Origin: Alphaproteobacteria bacterium
GTDB taxonomy: Bacteria; Pseudomonadota; Alphaproteobacteria; MPNO01; UBA2964
DNA: 64,000 nucleotides
Assembly: GCA_012103315.1 (NCBI GenBank)
Contig: WLWZ01000016.1
Span: 6,288 to 70,287, forward strand
Direction of reading: 5' to 3'
Position numbers and translations under genes: made by a program. Shown here piece after piece: positions 38,669 through 49,532 of the stretch. Under the pieces are notes generated by a model. The model did no database searches. It was given only the letters and a program-made list of their open reading frames with translations, and was not told where the DNA came from. Every line of letters starts with the position of its first letter. Within the stretch, counting starts at the first letter, position 1.

Positions 38669-41600
38669 ATGCTAGGACGATGTACCCGGATTTTATGTGA
38701 GGTAGCAGCCCTTACGGCGCTTGCGCTTCTTCTGCTTACCGGTGTTGCAACCTGGCGGTTATCACAAGGGCCAGTGCCCCTTAACTTTCTGACAGGTCAC
38801 ATTGAAAATGCTCTCAATGATATGGTTCGTCCGGTCCGTATTTCCCTGCAGGGGACCAATCTTGCTTGGGCGGGGTGGGAACGGACGCTCGACATTCGGG
38901 TGGTGGGGACGAAAATTTCTGGCGCTGACGGTGTTACAATTGCCAAAGTGCCCGAGATGTCTGTTAGTTTTAGTCTACGGGCATTGCTACGTGGGGTTGT
39001 TGCGCCGACCAATCTTGATCTAATTGGACCACGCCTACAGGTGGTGAGGAACGAGAACGGAAAGTTCGCTTTTACACTTGAAGAAACCACGAACCTTCCA
39101 ACCGATACTCTTGGCGGCGTGCTCGCTGCTCTTAGCGCGCCAAAGCAAGACAATGGCATCCTGCGATATCTCAAGCAGGTGAGTATTCTGGATGCCAATC
39201 TTGTTGTCGATGACCGCGTCACAGGTATCAATTGGGGCGCACCGCAAGCTGATCTTGTTGTCATTCGCGAGGATGATGAAATCCGCGCTTCGCTCTTCGC
39301 TGATATAGATGCTGCCGGTAAACCTGGACGCCTCATCGCAAAAGCCAGTCTACCCTCAGGCGCTCAGGATGTCGGCGTTGACCTGGCAATTGAGAAATTT
39401 CCAATAGATCGATTAGCAGCAACCATACCGGGCCTCGAAGTCTTAAAATCAGTCCGCGTTGCGGTAAGCGGCGATGTCGCAACCCGTGTGTCCTTTAATG
39501 GTGCTATTCAGAACATGAAATTCGCCTTTACCGGAACCTCAGGCCATATCGAAAAGGGTGACCTGTGGCCTAAGAATGTTCCGGTCAAACAAATGAACTT
39601 CAAAGCGAGCTATGAAAACAATCCTGCCTCACTCGACATAGAACGATTTGATCTCAATGTTGGTGGTCCGACAATTTCACTTTCCGGATCAGTAATAGGT
39701 GTTGGCGATCAGGTGACGATTGTCGGGCGTGCTGGTGTCGAAACTGTTCAGTTGTCGCGCCTGAAGGATTTTTGGCCAATAGGATTTGGCAAAGTCGCTC
39801 GCAAATGGGTTCTCGGGAACATGCAAAAAGGCCAAGTGGAAAACGCCCGCGCGTCATTTTCGCTGCGCATTCCGGACACCCAAAAATCGGACATTCTAGT
39901 TGACTCGTTTGGCGGAAAATTACGCCTGAGAAACACCACGGTTGGTTTTAACGAGAATTTCCCGAAGGTTGAAAAGGTTGAGGCGACGGCGGTATTTTCC
40001 AAGGACCGCTTTGTAGCCTCGGTTACATCGGGAGACTTGAAAGGTCTCACTGTTGTTTCAGGCCAGGTTCGCTTGCTGGATTTGGACACTGACAAAGAGA
40101 ATGCAAATATTGATGTAACAGTCTCCGGTCCTTTGAAGACCGCTCTAACGATTGCGGACAACAAGCCACTGCTATTGGTGTCGAAGTTCGGTATCAATGC
40201 CAAGAACGTCAAAGGCTGGTCCGAAACGGATCTGAATTTTAAGTTTCTGTTATCGGGGGCCCTAGAGCTCTCTGATGTCTTGGTTGGCGCCCAGTCGCGG
40301 ATCGCCAATGCACTTTTGCCACAATCTCCTCTTGGGAAGCCGATCAGCGCTGGGAGTTTTTCTCTGCAAATAGATGACAAAGGGCTTCTGTTGAGCGGCG
40401 ATGCATCTGTGGCGGGGACACCCGTAAATCTAAAATGGATAGAACGGTTTGAAACGGAACGAAAATTTGTCCGGCGCTATGAGCTCAGTGGCAAGATGGA
40501 TGCAACGGCGCGAAAACAGGTTTTGAATCTGCCCGAACTGGCTCCTTACGTTGAGGGCGCAATTGATCTGGATTTGTCCTTGGTTGAGAGGGATACCGGC
40601 GAAAAAGAGATCGCTGCGAAAGGATCCCTGACCGAGGCGACGTTAAACATTCCGCCTTTCGGATGGCATAAGACCCCTGGTGGTGCTGGAGTGGCCTGGG
40701 TTTCTCTCGTCGTCCACCCGGATGGCGCTACAGATATACGGAACCTGGATATTCAGGCGCCAGGGCTGCGGGGAACAACGAGCCTGCGTTTCGACCGGGG
40801 TGGCAAGTTTATTGAGGCGGAGCTTAAAAAGCTTCAGCTCGGGCGGTCCGATTTTAAAGGCAAAATCAAGGCCGGTGCGGACGGAGGCTATGAAGGCACC
40901 GTAAAGGGGGCAGCGCTCGATCTTGTTCCGTTATTGGCGCGAGCTGATGTCGATCAAGAAGCATCGTTTCCACGGATGACGCTGGCAACAGATGTTCAAA
41001 CCGTCTGGTTTGACGCAGAAGTCCCGGTGAAAGCTTTGAAGGGGACCCTGTCCCATGATGGCGAAGATTGGGAGGCCGCCAATCTAACAGGTGTTGTCGG
41101 GAAGAATCGGCCTTTCACTTTCGAATTGAAGCCCATCGCAGATAAGCGCCGCTTTACGCTGCAGGCAGAAGACGCGGGTGGTGTCCTTGCCGGTTTGGAT
41201 ATTGCTGATACATTTCGAGGCGGAAAACTCATCCTCACTGGGGATAAGACACGGGGGAGCGGCAATCCCTGGCAAGGTAGTTTGTCGATCTCAGATTATA
41301 CTATTGTTGGGGCACCGAACCTCGCCCGCATTTTGACCTTGGCGTCTTTGACGGGGATAGTGAATACCCTCAGCGGAAAAGGGATCAGCTTTGCCCAGCT
41401 GAATATTCCGTTTTCATATATCGATGGGAAAGCCAGTATCCGCAATGCACGGGCGGTCGGGTCACAACTTGGTCTGACCGCAGATGGTGTCTTGAACTTG
41501 GATAAGAAGATGGCGGATGTAAAAGGAACGATTGTTCCTGCATATTCCATAAACAGTGCGTTGGGTAATATTCCTATTATCGGAAAAATATTTACTGGCA

Positions 41601-41785
41601 AAAAGGGTAGTGGAATATTTGCCGCTACCTACGGTATCTCCGGGAAACTCGCAAAACCAAAAATCACGGTGAATCCGCTCGCCGCGTTGGCGCCGGGCTT
41701 TTTGCGCGATCTAATTGGTATTCTTGGGAGCAAGCCTAAAGGTAAGCCACCCTCTAGTGACGTTGTTGAACCCGGGACCCAATAG
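38669..41785 (+). CDS. AsmA family / DUF3971 large envelope protein (YhdP-like)
   Basis: 1038 aa; N-terminal TM; long beta-rich body; AsmA-like C-terminal region. Confidence 0.65.
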   Translation: MLGRCTRILCEVAALTALALLLLTGVATWRLSQGPVPLNFLTGHIENALNDMVRPVRISLQGTNLAWAGWERTLDIRVVGTKISGADGVTIAKVPEMSVSFSLRALLRGVVAPTNLDLIGPRLQVVRNENGKFAFTLEETTNLPTDTLGGVLAALSAPKQDNGILRYLKQVSILDANLVVDDRVTGINWGAPQADLVVIREDDEIRASLFADIDAAGKPGRLIAKASLPSGAQDVGVDLAIEKFPIDRLAATIPGLEVLKSVRVAVSGDVATRVSFNGAIQNMKFAFTGTSGHIEKGDLWPKNVPVKQMNFKASYENNPASLDIERFDLNVGGPTISLSGSVIGVGDQVTIVGRAGVETVQLSRLKDFWPIGFGKVARKWVLGNMQKGQVENARASFSLRIPDTQKSDILVDSFGGKLRLRNTTVGFNENFPKVEKVEATAVFSKDRFVASVTSGDLKGLTVVSGQVRLLDLDTDKENANIDVTVSGPLKTALTIADNKPLLLVSKFGINAKNVKGWSETDLNFKFLLSGALELSDVLVGAQSRIANALLPQSPLGKPISAGSFSLQIDDKGLLLSGDASVAGTPVNLKWIERFETERKFVRRYELSGKMDATARKQVLNLPELAPYVEGAIDLDLSLVERDTGEKEIAAKGSLTEATLNIPPFGWHKTPGGAGVAWVSLVVHPDGATDIRNLDIQAPGLRGTTSLRFDRGGKFIEAELKKLQLGRSDFKGKIKAGADGGYEGTVKGAALDLVPLLARADVDQEASFPRMTLATDVQTVWFDAEVPVKALKGTLSHDGEDWEAANLTGVVGKNRPFTFELKPIADKRRFTLQAEDAGGVLAGLDIADTFRGGKLILTGDKTRGSGNPWQGSLSISDYTIVGAPNLARILTLASLTGIVNTLSGKGISFAQLNIPFSYIDGKASIRNARAVGSQLGLTADGVLNLDKKMADVKGTIVPAYSINSALGNIPIIGKIFTGKKGSGIFAATYGISGKLAKPKITVNPLAALAPGFLRDLIGILGSKPKGKPPSSDVVEPGTQ

Positions 41786-41789
41786 GGAC

Positions 41790-43046
41790 TTAAACGGGGC
41801 GCGCGAGAACGTGCCGTTTCTTACCAGCGGAGAACTTGATGTCGCCGTCAGCATTTACATCGGCCATGTTGATGGTCTGGCTCTCGTCAGTGATGACCAC
41901 ATCGTTCACGCGACCACCGCCACCACGGATGAGGCGCCGGGCCTCACCGTTACTGTTGGCGAGGCCAGCCTTTGCCATCGCTACAAACGCCGGCATGCCC
42001 GCTATTAAATCGGCTTCTGCTATTTCTACAGTAGGTAGCGCCGCGCCCTGGCTGCCCTCTTCAAAGGTAGCTTTGGCTGTATCGCCTGCTTCTATAGCGG
42101 CGGCTTCACCGTGACAAAGCATCGTAGCTTCATGGGCGAGAATTTTTTTGGCTTCGTTGATCTCGGCATCTTGTAGCGCTTCGAGCTTAGAAATTTCGTC
42201 GAGCGGTAGTTCCGTAAATAAACGCAGGAAGCGACCAACGTCGGCATCGGCAGTGTTCCGCCAGAACTGATAATACTCATAAGGCGACAGTCGGTCGCTA
42301 TTGAGCCAGACTGCGCCACCGGCGGTTTTGCCCATCTTCTCGCCTGCGGAGGTCATGATGAGTGGAGATGTTAGGCCGTAGAGCGCAGTGCCATCGACAC
42401 GGCGACCGAGTTCGACACCATTGACGATATTGCCCCATTGATCCGATCCGCCGATCTGCAAAACACAGCTGTCGCGGCGGGACAGTTCGAGGAAATCATA
42501 TGCCTGGAGGATCATGTAGTTGAATTCCAGGAAACTAAGAGGTTGTTCGCGTTCGAGTCGAAGTTTTACAGAATCGAATGACAGCATCCGATTGACTGAG
42601 AAATGCTTTCCGAATTCACGCAAAAACGGGATGTACTCCAACGCGTCCAGCCAATCGGCATTGTTGACCATCAGCGTATCGGTTGGGGCATCCCCGAAAC
42701 TCAGGAATTTCTCAAATGTTCCTTTGATCCCTGCAATATTTGCCGCGATGGTTTCTTCGGTAAGGATTTGCCGCGACTCGTCCTTGCCGGATGGGTCACC
42801 GACCTTGGTCGTGCCGCCGCCCATCAAAGCAATCGGTTTGTGACCGCAACGTTGATACCAGCGCAGCGTCATGATCGGCATCAAGTGGCCGATATGGAGA
42901 GAGTCAGCCGTGCAATCAAAACCCGCATAGGCAACCGCGATCTCGTCGTTGCCTAATATTTCATCGAGCGCCGCGTCATCAGTGCATTGATGAATAAAAC
43001 CGCGTTCCGAAATAGTTCGGAGGAATTCTGATTTATATGTCGTCAT
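41790..43046 (-). CDS. tyrS: Tyrosine--tRNA ligase
   Basis: 418 aa; HIGH motif (LHIGHLMPI); KMGKT (KMSKS-like) motif; C-terminal S4 domain. Confidence 0.9.
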   Translation of the reverse strand: MTTYKSEFLRTISERGFIHQCTDDAALDEILGNDEIAVAYAGFDCTADSLHIGHLMPIMTLRWYQRCGHKPIALMGGGTTKVGDPSGKDESRQILTEETIAANIAGIKGTFEKFLSFGDAPTDTLMVNNADWLDALEYIPFLREFGKHFSVNRMLSFDSVKLRLEREQPLSFLEFNYMILQAYDFLELSRRDSCVLQIGGSDQWGNIVNGVELGRRVDGTALYGLTSPLIMTSAGEKMGKTAGGAVWLNSDRLSPYEYYQFWRNTADADVGRFLRLFTELPLDEISKLEALQDAEINEAKKILAHEATMLCHGEAAAIEAGDTAKATFEEGSQGAALPTVEIAEADLIAGMPAFVAMAKAGLANSNGEARRLIRGGGGRVNDVVITDESQTINMADVNADGDIKFSAGKKRHVLARPV

Positions 43047-43135
43047 CGTGTTTCAGGCTATCAAAGCCGCCCCTGCCAGTCTTCGCGGCGGTGTTTAACA
43101 CAGTGGCGTGGGCTCTGGCGAGAGAGGAAACGCTG

Positions 43136-44221
43136 TTAGCCGTTATCGACTGACAGGACGGTTTCGCGTGGCTCATCACCCCAGCGTCGGATAAAGGCAT
43201 TTAACTTGGCGGTATTTTCCGGCACGTCGTCATAGGAAGGCGTAAAAAGCAGCATCCGAATGAGATGGCGGCGGCACTCGGCTTCCTCGTAATCCTCATA
43301 GTCGGTTCGGCTATGGATGGTGTAGTGATTGTTGAGGAACTGCATATCGCCGCGTTCGAATTCCATATCGAGCCGGATCTCGGCGCTTAAGGCCAACTCG
43401 CTGACCAAATTCATTGCCTCAGTTTGGGCCTCGGATAGACGGGGCACTTGTGGAAACCGTTGCGCGCTTTCGACATATTTCTGTCCGAAGCGTGAAAAGA
43501 ACCGTCCTTTGTGAATTGTGAAAACCTGCGCAACGTAAAACGGGTCTTCACCGTCAAACTCTTCGCCTCGGTGATCAATGCAAAATGGTTTGTAGAGTTC
43601 CGGCAACAGATCGGGGCGTGTTCGGAGGATTTCGTTATGGATTGCAATGGTACTGGCGAACGAGCTGGTGCCGCCCGACTTGGCTGTTTGCATGCATAGC
43701 AATCCGACGACATCAGACTTGTCGCAATGAAAGGGCAGATGAACCGGAGTTTGATAACCCCTCAGATTGAAGTTCTGATCCCAGTTGGCTCCCACAGCTT
43801 TGACGTGGCCGAGAAGCTCACCCATCATATTTTGAGCAACGGCCGTGCCGAGGTATGTGCCGATCCCCCAATAAATTGCCGTCGCATCCTTTTCTCCGAG
43901 TCTTTCCACCGGAAGACCGCGGATTAATTTTGCTCCCCTTCCATGCTCCAATTCCTGCAGGATTTTAGCGAGGGTAATTGCCAAATTTGGCAGCGGAAAG
44001 TCGGCTTGTGAAATATTGGGAATCTTCAAACCCTGTGATTTAACGTGCGCCAGCGCGCTATCGAGTTCCGCGATATCGTCATCTGTCAGCACATATATCC
44101 AGTCGCTAGAGCTTGCGAGCTCGGGGCCTTTCCAGCCCGCCTCCGATTCATAGGGTCGATCCAAGACATTGCTCGTCATAGATTTCACCATTCCAATGTT
44201 TTCAGTTTGAACAATTACCAA
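43136..44221 (-). CDS. TauD/TfdA family Fe(II)/2-oxoglutarate dioxygenase
   Basis: 361 aa; HCD (HxD) and downstream His motifs in a clavaminate synthase-like fold. Confidence 0.6.
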   Translation of the reverse strand: MVIVQTENIGMVKSMTSNVLDRPYESEAGWKGPELASSSDWIYVLTDDDIAELDSALAHVKSQGLKIPNISQADFPLPNLAITLAKILQELEHGRGAKLIRGLPVERLGEKDATAIYWGIGTYLGTAVAQNMMGELLGHVKAVGANWDQNFNLRGYQTPVHLPFHCDKSDVVGLLCMQTAKSGGTSSFASTIAIHNEILRTRPDLLPELYKPFCIDHRGEEFDGEDPFYVAQVFTIHKGRFFSRFGQKYVESAQRFPQVPRLSEAQTEAMNLVSELALSAEIRLDMEFERGDMQFLNNHYTIHSRTDYEDYEEAECRRHLIRMLLFTPSYDDVPENTAKLNAFIRRWGDEPRETVLSVDNG

Positions 44222-44265
44222 GTATCGGTTCCAATGACCGGGAATGCAAACAACAGATAGCTTTT

Positions 44266-45342
44266 ATGACTAAGCCTCTCCTGGCGCTCGGCCTTATGAG
44301 TGGGACATCGCTCGATGGTATCGATGCAGCTTTAGTTCGAACGGATGGTGGTTCCATTGTTGAACCCGGGGCGCATGTGAGCATTTCCTATAAAGACGAT
44401 TTCCGCGAACTGTTGCGGTCAATGCTCGGCGGCCACGGGCCTGTCGAAGAGACAGAGCGAAAGCTTACAGAGCTTCATGCCGATGCAGTGCGGTCACTAA
44501 TCGCTGAGGCGGGAATTCAGAGGTCCGATGTCGATCTGATCGGATTTCACGGTCACACGGTGTTGCATGATCCGGCACAATCACGAACCTGGCAAATCGG
44601 CGACGGGGCGTTGCTCGCTAAAGAGACTGGTATCGATGTTGTCTGCGACTTTCGCAGTAATGATGTCGAGCAGGGTGGCCAAGGAGCACCGCTGGTGCCG
44701 ATATATCATCTTGCGCTTGCCGCCGGTTTGAAGACACCACTTGCTGTTTTGAATATTGGCGGTGTGGCGAATGTCACTTATCTGGATGATGAGGAGAAAT
44801 CTCTTGTCGCCTTTGATACCGGACCGGGTGGGGCGTTGGTTGACGATTGGGTTAACCGAAAGCTGGGCAAACCTTATGACGACGGTGGGATTATTGCCGC
44901 AGCGGGCGCTATTTCTGAGACGGTGTTGATGCAGTTATTCGGTTCGGCCTATTTCGACAGATCACCGCCGAAATCCTTAGACCGGGATGAGTTTGATACT
45001 CGCGCAGTACAGCGTTTATCGTCGGAAGATGGTGCTGCGACGCTGACTGCCTTTACCTTAAAGTCCATTGTACGAGCGGTTGATCATTTGCCGATGCGAC
45101 CAGAACGCTGGCTGGTTACCGGGGGCGGTAGAAACAATACGTTCTTGATGGCGCAGCTGAGGCGTGATCTGAGCGTCCCCGTAGACCCCGTCGAAAGCGT
45201 TGGCTGGCAAGGAGATGCACTAGAAGCACAAGCCTTTGCATACCTTGCCGTTCGTAGTCGACAAGGTTTACCACTGACGTTTCCAGGGACAACTGGTGTC
45301 AGTGAGCCTCTGTCAGGTGGCGTGTATTACTCTAAACCTTGA
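44266..45342 (+). CDS. anmK: Anhydro-N-acetylmuramic acid kinase
   Basis: 358 aa; LGLMSGTSLDGIDAALV N-terminus. Confidence 0.85.
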   Translation: MTKPLLALGLMSGTSLDGIDAALVRTDGGSIVEPGAHVSISYKDDFRELLRSMLGGHGPVEETERKLTELHADAVRSLIAEAGIQRSDVDLIGFHGHTVLHDPAQSRTWQIGDGALLAKETGIDVVCDFRSNDVEQGGQGAPLVPIYHLALAAGLKTPLAVLNIGGVANVTYLDDEEKSLVAFDTGPGGALVDDWVNRKLGKPYDDGGIIAAAGAISETVLMQLFGSAYFDRSPPKSLDRDEFDTRAVQRLSSEDGAATLTAFTLKSIVRAVDHLPMRPERWLVTGGGRNNTFLMAQLRRDLSVPVDPVESVGWQGDALEAQAFAYLAVRSRQGLPLTFPGTTGVSEPLSGGVYYSKP

Positions 45343-45352
45343 GCAAGCAGCG

Positions 45353-46018
45353 TCAGGTACTTGTCGACGCAGCCTCAATGGCAGGAATCTGAGTTTCCAG
45401 ATAAGCATCAACATGGGTCGTTAATTCATCGACCCGGTCATGAAAAAAGTGGTTGGCGCCATCAATAATCTTGTAATCGATCGTAATCCGCTTTTGCGCC
45501 TGTAGCTTTTTCGCCAGCGTTTCAACCGAGTCTTCCGGCACCATCGTGTCATCAGCACCATGGACAAAGAGTCCGGAGGCTGGACATGGCGCGAGGAAGG
45601 TGAAGTCGTACTTGTTGGCGGGCGGCGCCAAGGCAATAAAACTATCAATTTCGGGCCGCCGCATCAGAAGTTGCATACAAATCCAGGCGCCAAAAGAAAA
45701 TCCACCGACCCAGCATTGCTGGGCATCGGAATTCGCTGATTGCAGCCAATCGAGGGCGGCAGCGGCGTCGCTCAACTCACCCATGCCTTCATCATATTCG
45801 CCCTGCGAACGGCCAACACCGCGAAAATTGAATCGCAGAGTCGAAAATCCGCGTCTTGCGAAGGTTTGATAAACTTCAAAAACGACCCGATTATTCATCG
45901 TGCCGCCTTGTTGTGGATGCGGATGAAGGATTAGCGCAATCGGCGCATTTTCAACGCGCGAATGGTGGTAACGGCCTTCGAGCCGCCCGTCTGGACCGTT
46001 AAAAATGACCTCAGGCAT
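45353..46018 (-). CDS. Alpha/beta hydrolase (COG2945-like)
   Basis: 221 aa; GFSFGA nucleophile elbow. Confidence 0.6.
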   Translation of the reverse strand: MPEVIFNGPDGRLEGRYHHSRVENAPIALILHPHPQQGGTMNNRVVFEVYQTFARRGFSTLRFNFRGVGRSQGEYDEGMGELSDAAAALDWLQSANSDAQQCWVGGFSFGAWICMQLLMRRPEIDSFIALAPPANKYDFTFLAPCPASGLFVHGADDTMVPEDSVETLAKKLQAQKRITIDYKIIDGANHFFHDRVDELTTHVDAYLETQIPAIEAASTST

Positions 46019-46250
46019 GAGGAAGAAATCTCCTGATAAATTTATACTGGCTAGAGCCCAAACCGGTTATTGACGCACCCGGTTGCGCCACATACATTCC
46101 CGGCGCTGAATAACTCAGATAAGCCAATATGTATTAAGCGCGCGAATATAGTGAATTGCGCCATCAAATTACAAGCTTCTCGATAGCAGGGCACCAATAT
46201 AATTGGACAATAATTTAAAATTTGAACTTTAGTGAGGATAATTAAGCGTT

Positions 46251-46703
46251 ATGAGAGTCGGTAGTAAGGGAAGATACGCAGTCACGGCCGTCATATTTTT
46301 GGCGCAGCAGGACAAGAGAATGCCGATGCCCCTAGCGGATATTGCGAGCCTGCACGAAATTTCCTTGTCATATCTTGAGCAGTTATTTGCAAAATTAAGG
46401 CGCGCGGGGCTTGTAAAGAGCGTCCGCGGCCCCGGTGGTGGGTATATGCTGAGCAGAGCTTCGGATAAAATCCTCGTTTCAGATGTCATTGCTGCTGTCG
46501 AGGCTCCAACAGCCCGCGAGCGCAAATCAGCGACCAAAAGTGCGGTCGATGGGTCGGAGACGCAGGCTCTTTGGGAAGCATTGGGCAATCAGGTCTTCGG
46601 CTTTCTTAGCTCAATCTCGGTTGCCGATGTTTGCGAACGTCGTATCGAGCCGGCCGGACAGTCGAGTGGCCAGCCGGCACGGTCGCAAGCCGCCGCCAGC
46701 TAA
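46251..46703 (+). CDS. Rrf2 family transcriptional regulator
   Basis: 150 aa; N-terminal wHTH (MRVGSKGRYAVTAV...). No three-Cys cluster, so more CymR-like than IscR-like. Confidence 0.8.
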   Translation: MRVGSKGRYAVTAVIFLAQQDKRMPMPLADIASLHEISLSYLEQLFAKLRRAGLVKSVRGPGGGYMLSRASDKILVSDVIAAVEAPTARERKSATKSAVDGSETQALWEALGNQVFGFLSSISVADVCERRIEPAGQSSGQPARSQAAAS

Positions 46704-46718
46704 CATTATCGGACGCGC

Positions 46719-47828
46719 GTGACTTCCCGAAGCTATCTGGATTTCAACGCAACCGCGCCAACTAGGCCGGAGGTCATCGACGCGGTCGCTGAGGCCATGC
46801 GGGAAGGTGGCAACGCTTCCTCGGTGCATGCCGACGGCAGGGCAGCGCGTACGCGTGTGGAAAAAGCGCGGCAACATGTTGCGGCCTTAGTCGGAGCTGA
46901 CCCAACTGGCGTTATTTTTACTGGCAGTGGCACGGAAGCCAATAATCAGGCACTCCGTAGTGACAATATCGAACGGCTCATCGTCTCGGCAATCGAACAT
47001 GAATCAGTGTTACAGGCGCGTAGCGATGCGGTTATTTGCCCCGTTTCCCCCGAAGGTCTTGTTGATCTTGATGCGTTGATGCGCCTTTTGGCGGAAAGTG
47101 ATGCACCGACGATGGTGTCCATCATGTTGGCCAATAACGAGACCGGCATTTTGCAGCCGATTCCCGAAGCGGTACGGTTGGCGCATGACGCAGGGGCGCT
47201 GTTTCATTGCGATGCGGTTCAGGCTGCCGGGAAAATTCCCGTTGATACGCGGGCGCTCGGCGTTGATAGCCTGGCCCTCTCGGCACACAAGATTGGCGGA
47301 CCGCAGGGAGTAGGGGCGTTGATCTGCAAGACCCCGTCAACGATGCCGCGCTTTGTCCATGGTGGTGGGCAGGAGAGTGGGCTGCGGGCAGGGACCGAGA
47401 ATGTTCCGGGCATTGTTGGCTATGGCGTCGCCGCAGAAAGTGCTCTGGCTGGATTGAACGAATTTGGTGCTCTGGCGGAATTGCGCGACGATCTTGAAAG
47501 CAAGGTTCTGGCGATTGAGCCGACCGCCCGTATTTTTGGCAAAGATCTCGACCGACTGCCCAATACCTCGAAATTCGCCACCAAAGGTCTCACCAGCGAA
47601 GTGCAAGTCATGGGGCTTGATCTAGATGGTGCCTCGATCAGTGCGGGATCAGCCTGTTCGGCGGGTCGGGTTGAAACACCCTATGTTTTGGCCGCGATGG
47701 GGGTGCCAGACGAGCTTGGCCTCTGTGCGGTTAGAGTTAGTCTTGGCTGGACGACGACGTCACAGGATGTCCATGGCTTCATTACGGCCTGGCAGAAGCT
47801 GCATGACCGTAAGCTCAGTCAGGGTTAA
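46719..47828 (+). CDS. Cysteine desulfurase (NifS/YrvO-like class V aminotransferase)
   Basis: 369 aa; SAHKIGGPQG PLP-lysine motif; SAGSACS active-site Cys loop. Confidence 0.85.
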   Translation: MTSRSYLDFNATAPTRPEVIDAVAEAMREGGNASSVHADGRAARTRVEKARQHVAALVGADPTGVIFTGSGTEANNQALRSDNIERLIVSAIEHESVLQARSDAVICPVSPEGLVDLDALMRLLAESDAPTMVSIMLANNETGILQPIPEAVRLAHDAGALFHCDAVQAAGKIPVDTRALGVDSLALSAHKIGGPQGVGALICKTPSTMPRFVHGGGQESGLRAGTENVPGIVGYGVAAESALAGLNEFGALAELRDDLESKVLAIEPTARIFGKDLDRLPNTSKFATKGLTSEVQVMGLDLDGASISAGSACSAGRVETPYVLAAMGVPDELGLCAVRVSLGWTTTSQDVHGFITAWQKLHDRKLSQG

Positions 47829-47836
47829 GGGCTGAC

Positions 47837-48169
47837 ATGCCTACTGTTGCTTTTATATTGGCAGATGGCTCCCGCCGCGAATTCGATGTCGAGGATGGCA
47901 AGTCGCTGCTCGACGTTGCCTGGGACAACAAGCTGGATGTCGAAGGTGCCTGCGGTGGTGTAATGGCCTGTTCGACCTGCCACGTGGTTGTGGACCCGGT
48001 CTGGATCGGCAAGTTGGCTGACCCCAGTGAAGAAGAGGAAGAGATGCTCGATCTTGCCTGGGGCCTCATCGAAACATCGCGTCTTGGCTGTCAGATAACC
48101 GTCTCCGAAGCGCTTGATGGGCTGGTTGTTAGCCTGCCGTCCGAAACCCGAAATCTGCTCGACGGTTAA
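47837..48169 (+). CDS. fdx: [2Fe-2S] ferredoxin, adrenodoxin type
   Basis: 110 aa; CGGVMACSTCHV...C cysteine ligands. Confidence 0.85.
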   Translation: MPTVAFILADGSRREFDVEDGKSLLDVAWDNKLDVEGACGGVMACSTCHVVVDPVWIGKLADPSEEEEEMLDLAWGLIETSRLGCQITVSEALDGLVVSLPSETRNLLDG

Positions 48170-48223
48170 TCCAGACCGAAAAAATTCCTTTCCCTGCGCA
48201 GTTTGCGCTCTATATTCCGCCGC

Positions 48224-49351
48224 ATGAACACATTGGTCACCCATAAAGCGCCCGAGGAGACGCGTATCGTCGTTGCCATGTCAGGCGGCGTGGATTCATC
48301 GGTGACGGCCGCTTTGCTGGCAGAGCAGGGCTATGACGTCGTCGGGGTGACGCTGCAACTTTATGACCACGGTGCGGCGGTTAGCAAAAAGGGCGCTTGC
48401 TGTGCCGGACAGGATATTGCCGATGCCGGGCGTGTCGCGGAGACCATCGGTATTCCGCATTATGTGCTCAACTATGAAAGCCGTTTTCGTGAAGACGTGA
48501 TTGATGTGTTTGCCGATGCCTATGTACGCGGCGAAACACCGATCCCTTGCGTGCTATGCAATCAGACGGTTAAGTTCCGTGATCTCATGGGGGTTGCCCA
48601 AGATCTCGGTGCCGATGCGCTGGCTACAGGTCACTATATCCGGCGGGTTGAAACAGAAGATGGTGTTGAGCTGCACCGCGCCGCCGATGAAACTAAGGAC
48701 CAGAGCTATTTCCTGTTTGCGACAACCGGAGAACAGCTCGATTATCTGCGCTTTCCGCTGGGCGAACTGACCAAAGACGAGACCCGCAAGCTGGCCTCGC
48801 GATTTGATTTGCCCGTAGCTGCCAAGCCCGATAGTCAGGATATTTGTTTTGTGCCGCAGGGCCGCTATGCCGATGTGGTATTGAAAATACGCCCCGATGC
48901 AGCGGAAGCCGGCGATATCGTTGATCTCGATGGCGCTGTGTTGGGCCAGCATGATGGCATTATTCATTACACAATTGGCCAACGTCGCGGCCTGCATCTC
49001 GATGCCGCCGAGGATGCGCTCTATGTCATCCGCATCGATCCCGAGGCTAAGCAGGTCATCGTTGGTCCGCGTGAGGCTTTGGCTACGACGACTGTGCGCC
49101 TTAATAATGTGAACTGGCTCGGGGGTGATGTCTCTGGCGGGGCTATCATTGACTGCGAAGTAAAGGTCCGTTCGATGCGCCCGCCGGTGGCAGCGTCGCT
49201 ACGACTGCTTGAGGATGGTTCGGCGACGGTCGAGTTGGCGGCGGCAGAGCATGGCGTGGCACCCGGTCAGGCTTGCGTATTTTATGACGGCGAGCGGGTG
49301 CTCGGCGGTGGCTGGATACAGCGCGAAAAAACCTCGACTGAAGCGGCGTAA
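48224..49351 (+). CDS. mnmA: tRNA 2-thiouridine(34) synthase MnmA
   Basis: [13 protein letters not shown]-loop and catalytic Cys residues. The in-frame ATG at 48224 is preferred over the TTG at 48203. Confidence 0.9.
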   Translation: MNTLVTHKAPEETRIVVAMSGGVDSSVTAALLAEQGYDVVGVTLQLYDHGAAVSKKGACCAGQDIADAGRVAETIGIPHYVLNYESRFREDVIDVFADAYVRGETPIPCVLCNQTVKFRDLMGVAQDLGADALATGHYIRRVETEDGVELHRAADETKDQSYFLFATTGEQLDYLRFPLGELTKDETRKLASRFDLPVAAKPDSQDICFVPQGRYADVVLKIRPDAAEAGDIVDLDGAVLGQHDGIIHYTIGQRRGLHLDAAEDALYVIRIDPEAKQVIVGPREALATTTVRLNNVNWLGGDVSGGAIIDCEVKVRSMRPPVAASLRLLEDGSATVELAAAEHGVAPGQACVFYDGERVLGGGWIQREKTSTEAA

Positions 49352-49433
49352 TACGTCGCGTAATACTTGACGAGGTGGGGGCGGAAGTCCTATACGGCTC
49401 GTTCTCGCGGCCCGATATGCGGCCCGAAAATGT

Positions 49434-49510
49434 GGCGGGGTAGCTCAGCTGGTTAGAGCAGCGGAATCATAATCCGCGTGTCGGGGGTTCAAGTCCCTCT
49501 CCCGCTACCA
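49434..49510 (+). tRNA. tRNA with CAT anticodon (elongator tRNA-Met, or tRNA-Ile2 if lysidinylated)
   Basis: Cloverleaf can be folded: acceptor GGCGGGG/TCCCGCT, D-arm GCTC..GAGC, anticodon stem GCGGA/TCCGC with loop ATCATAA, T-arm GGGGG-TTCAAGT-CCCTC, 3' ACCA. It lacks initiator features (no 3 G:C pairs in the anticodon stem). Confidence 0.85.
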
Positions 49511-49532
49511 TTTTCCTTCTTAATATTCGAAG

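Noticed and set aside
41786-41830. Bidirectional terminator between asmA-like and tyrS (AAACGG...CCGTTT)
   Set aside because: The stem is only 6 bp with a long GC-rich loop, and the T-tract is weak. Not convincing.
49434-49510. Initiator tRNA-fMet assignment for the CAT-anticodon tRNA
   Set aside because: The anticodon stem lacks the three consecutive G:C pairs and position 1:72 is a G-U pair rather than a C-A mismatch. This is an elongator Met or Ile2 type.
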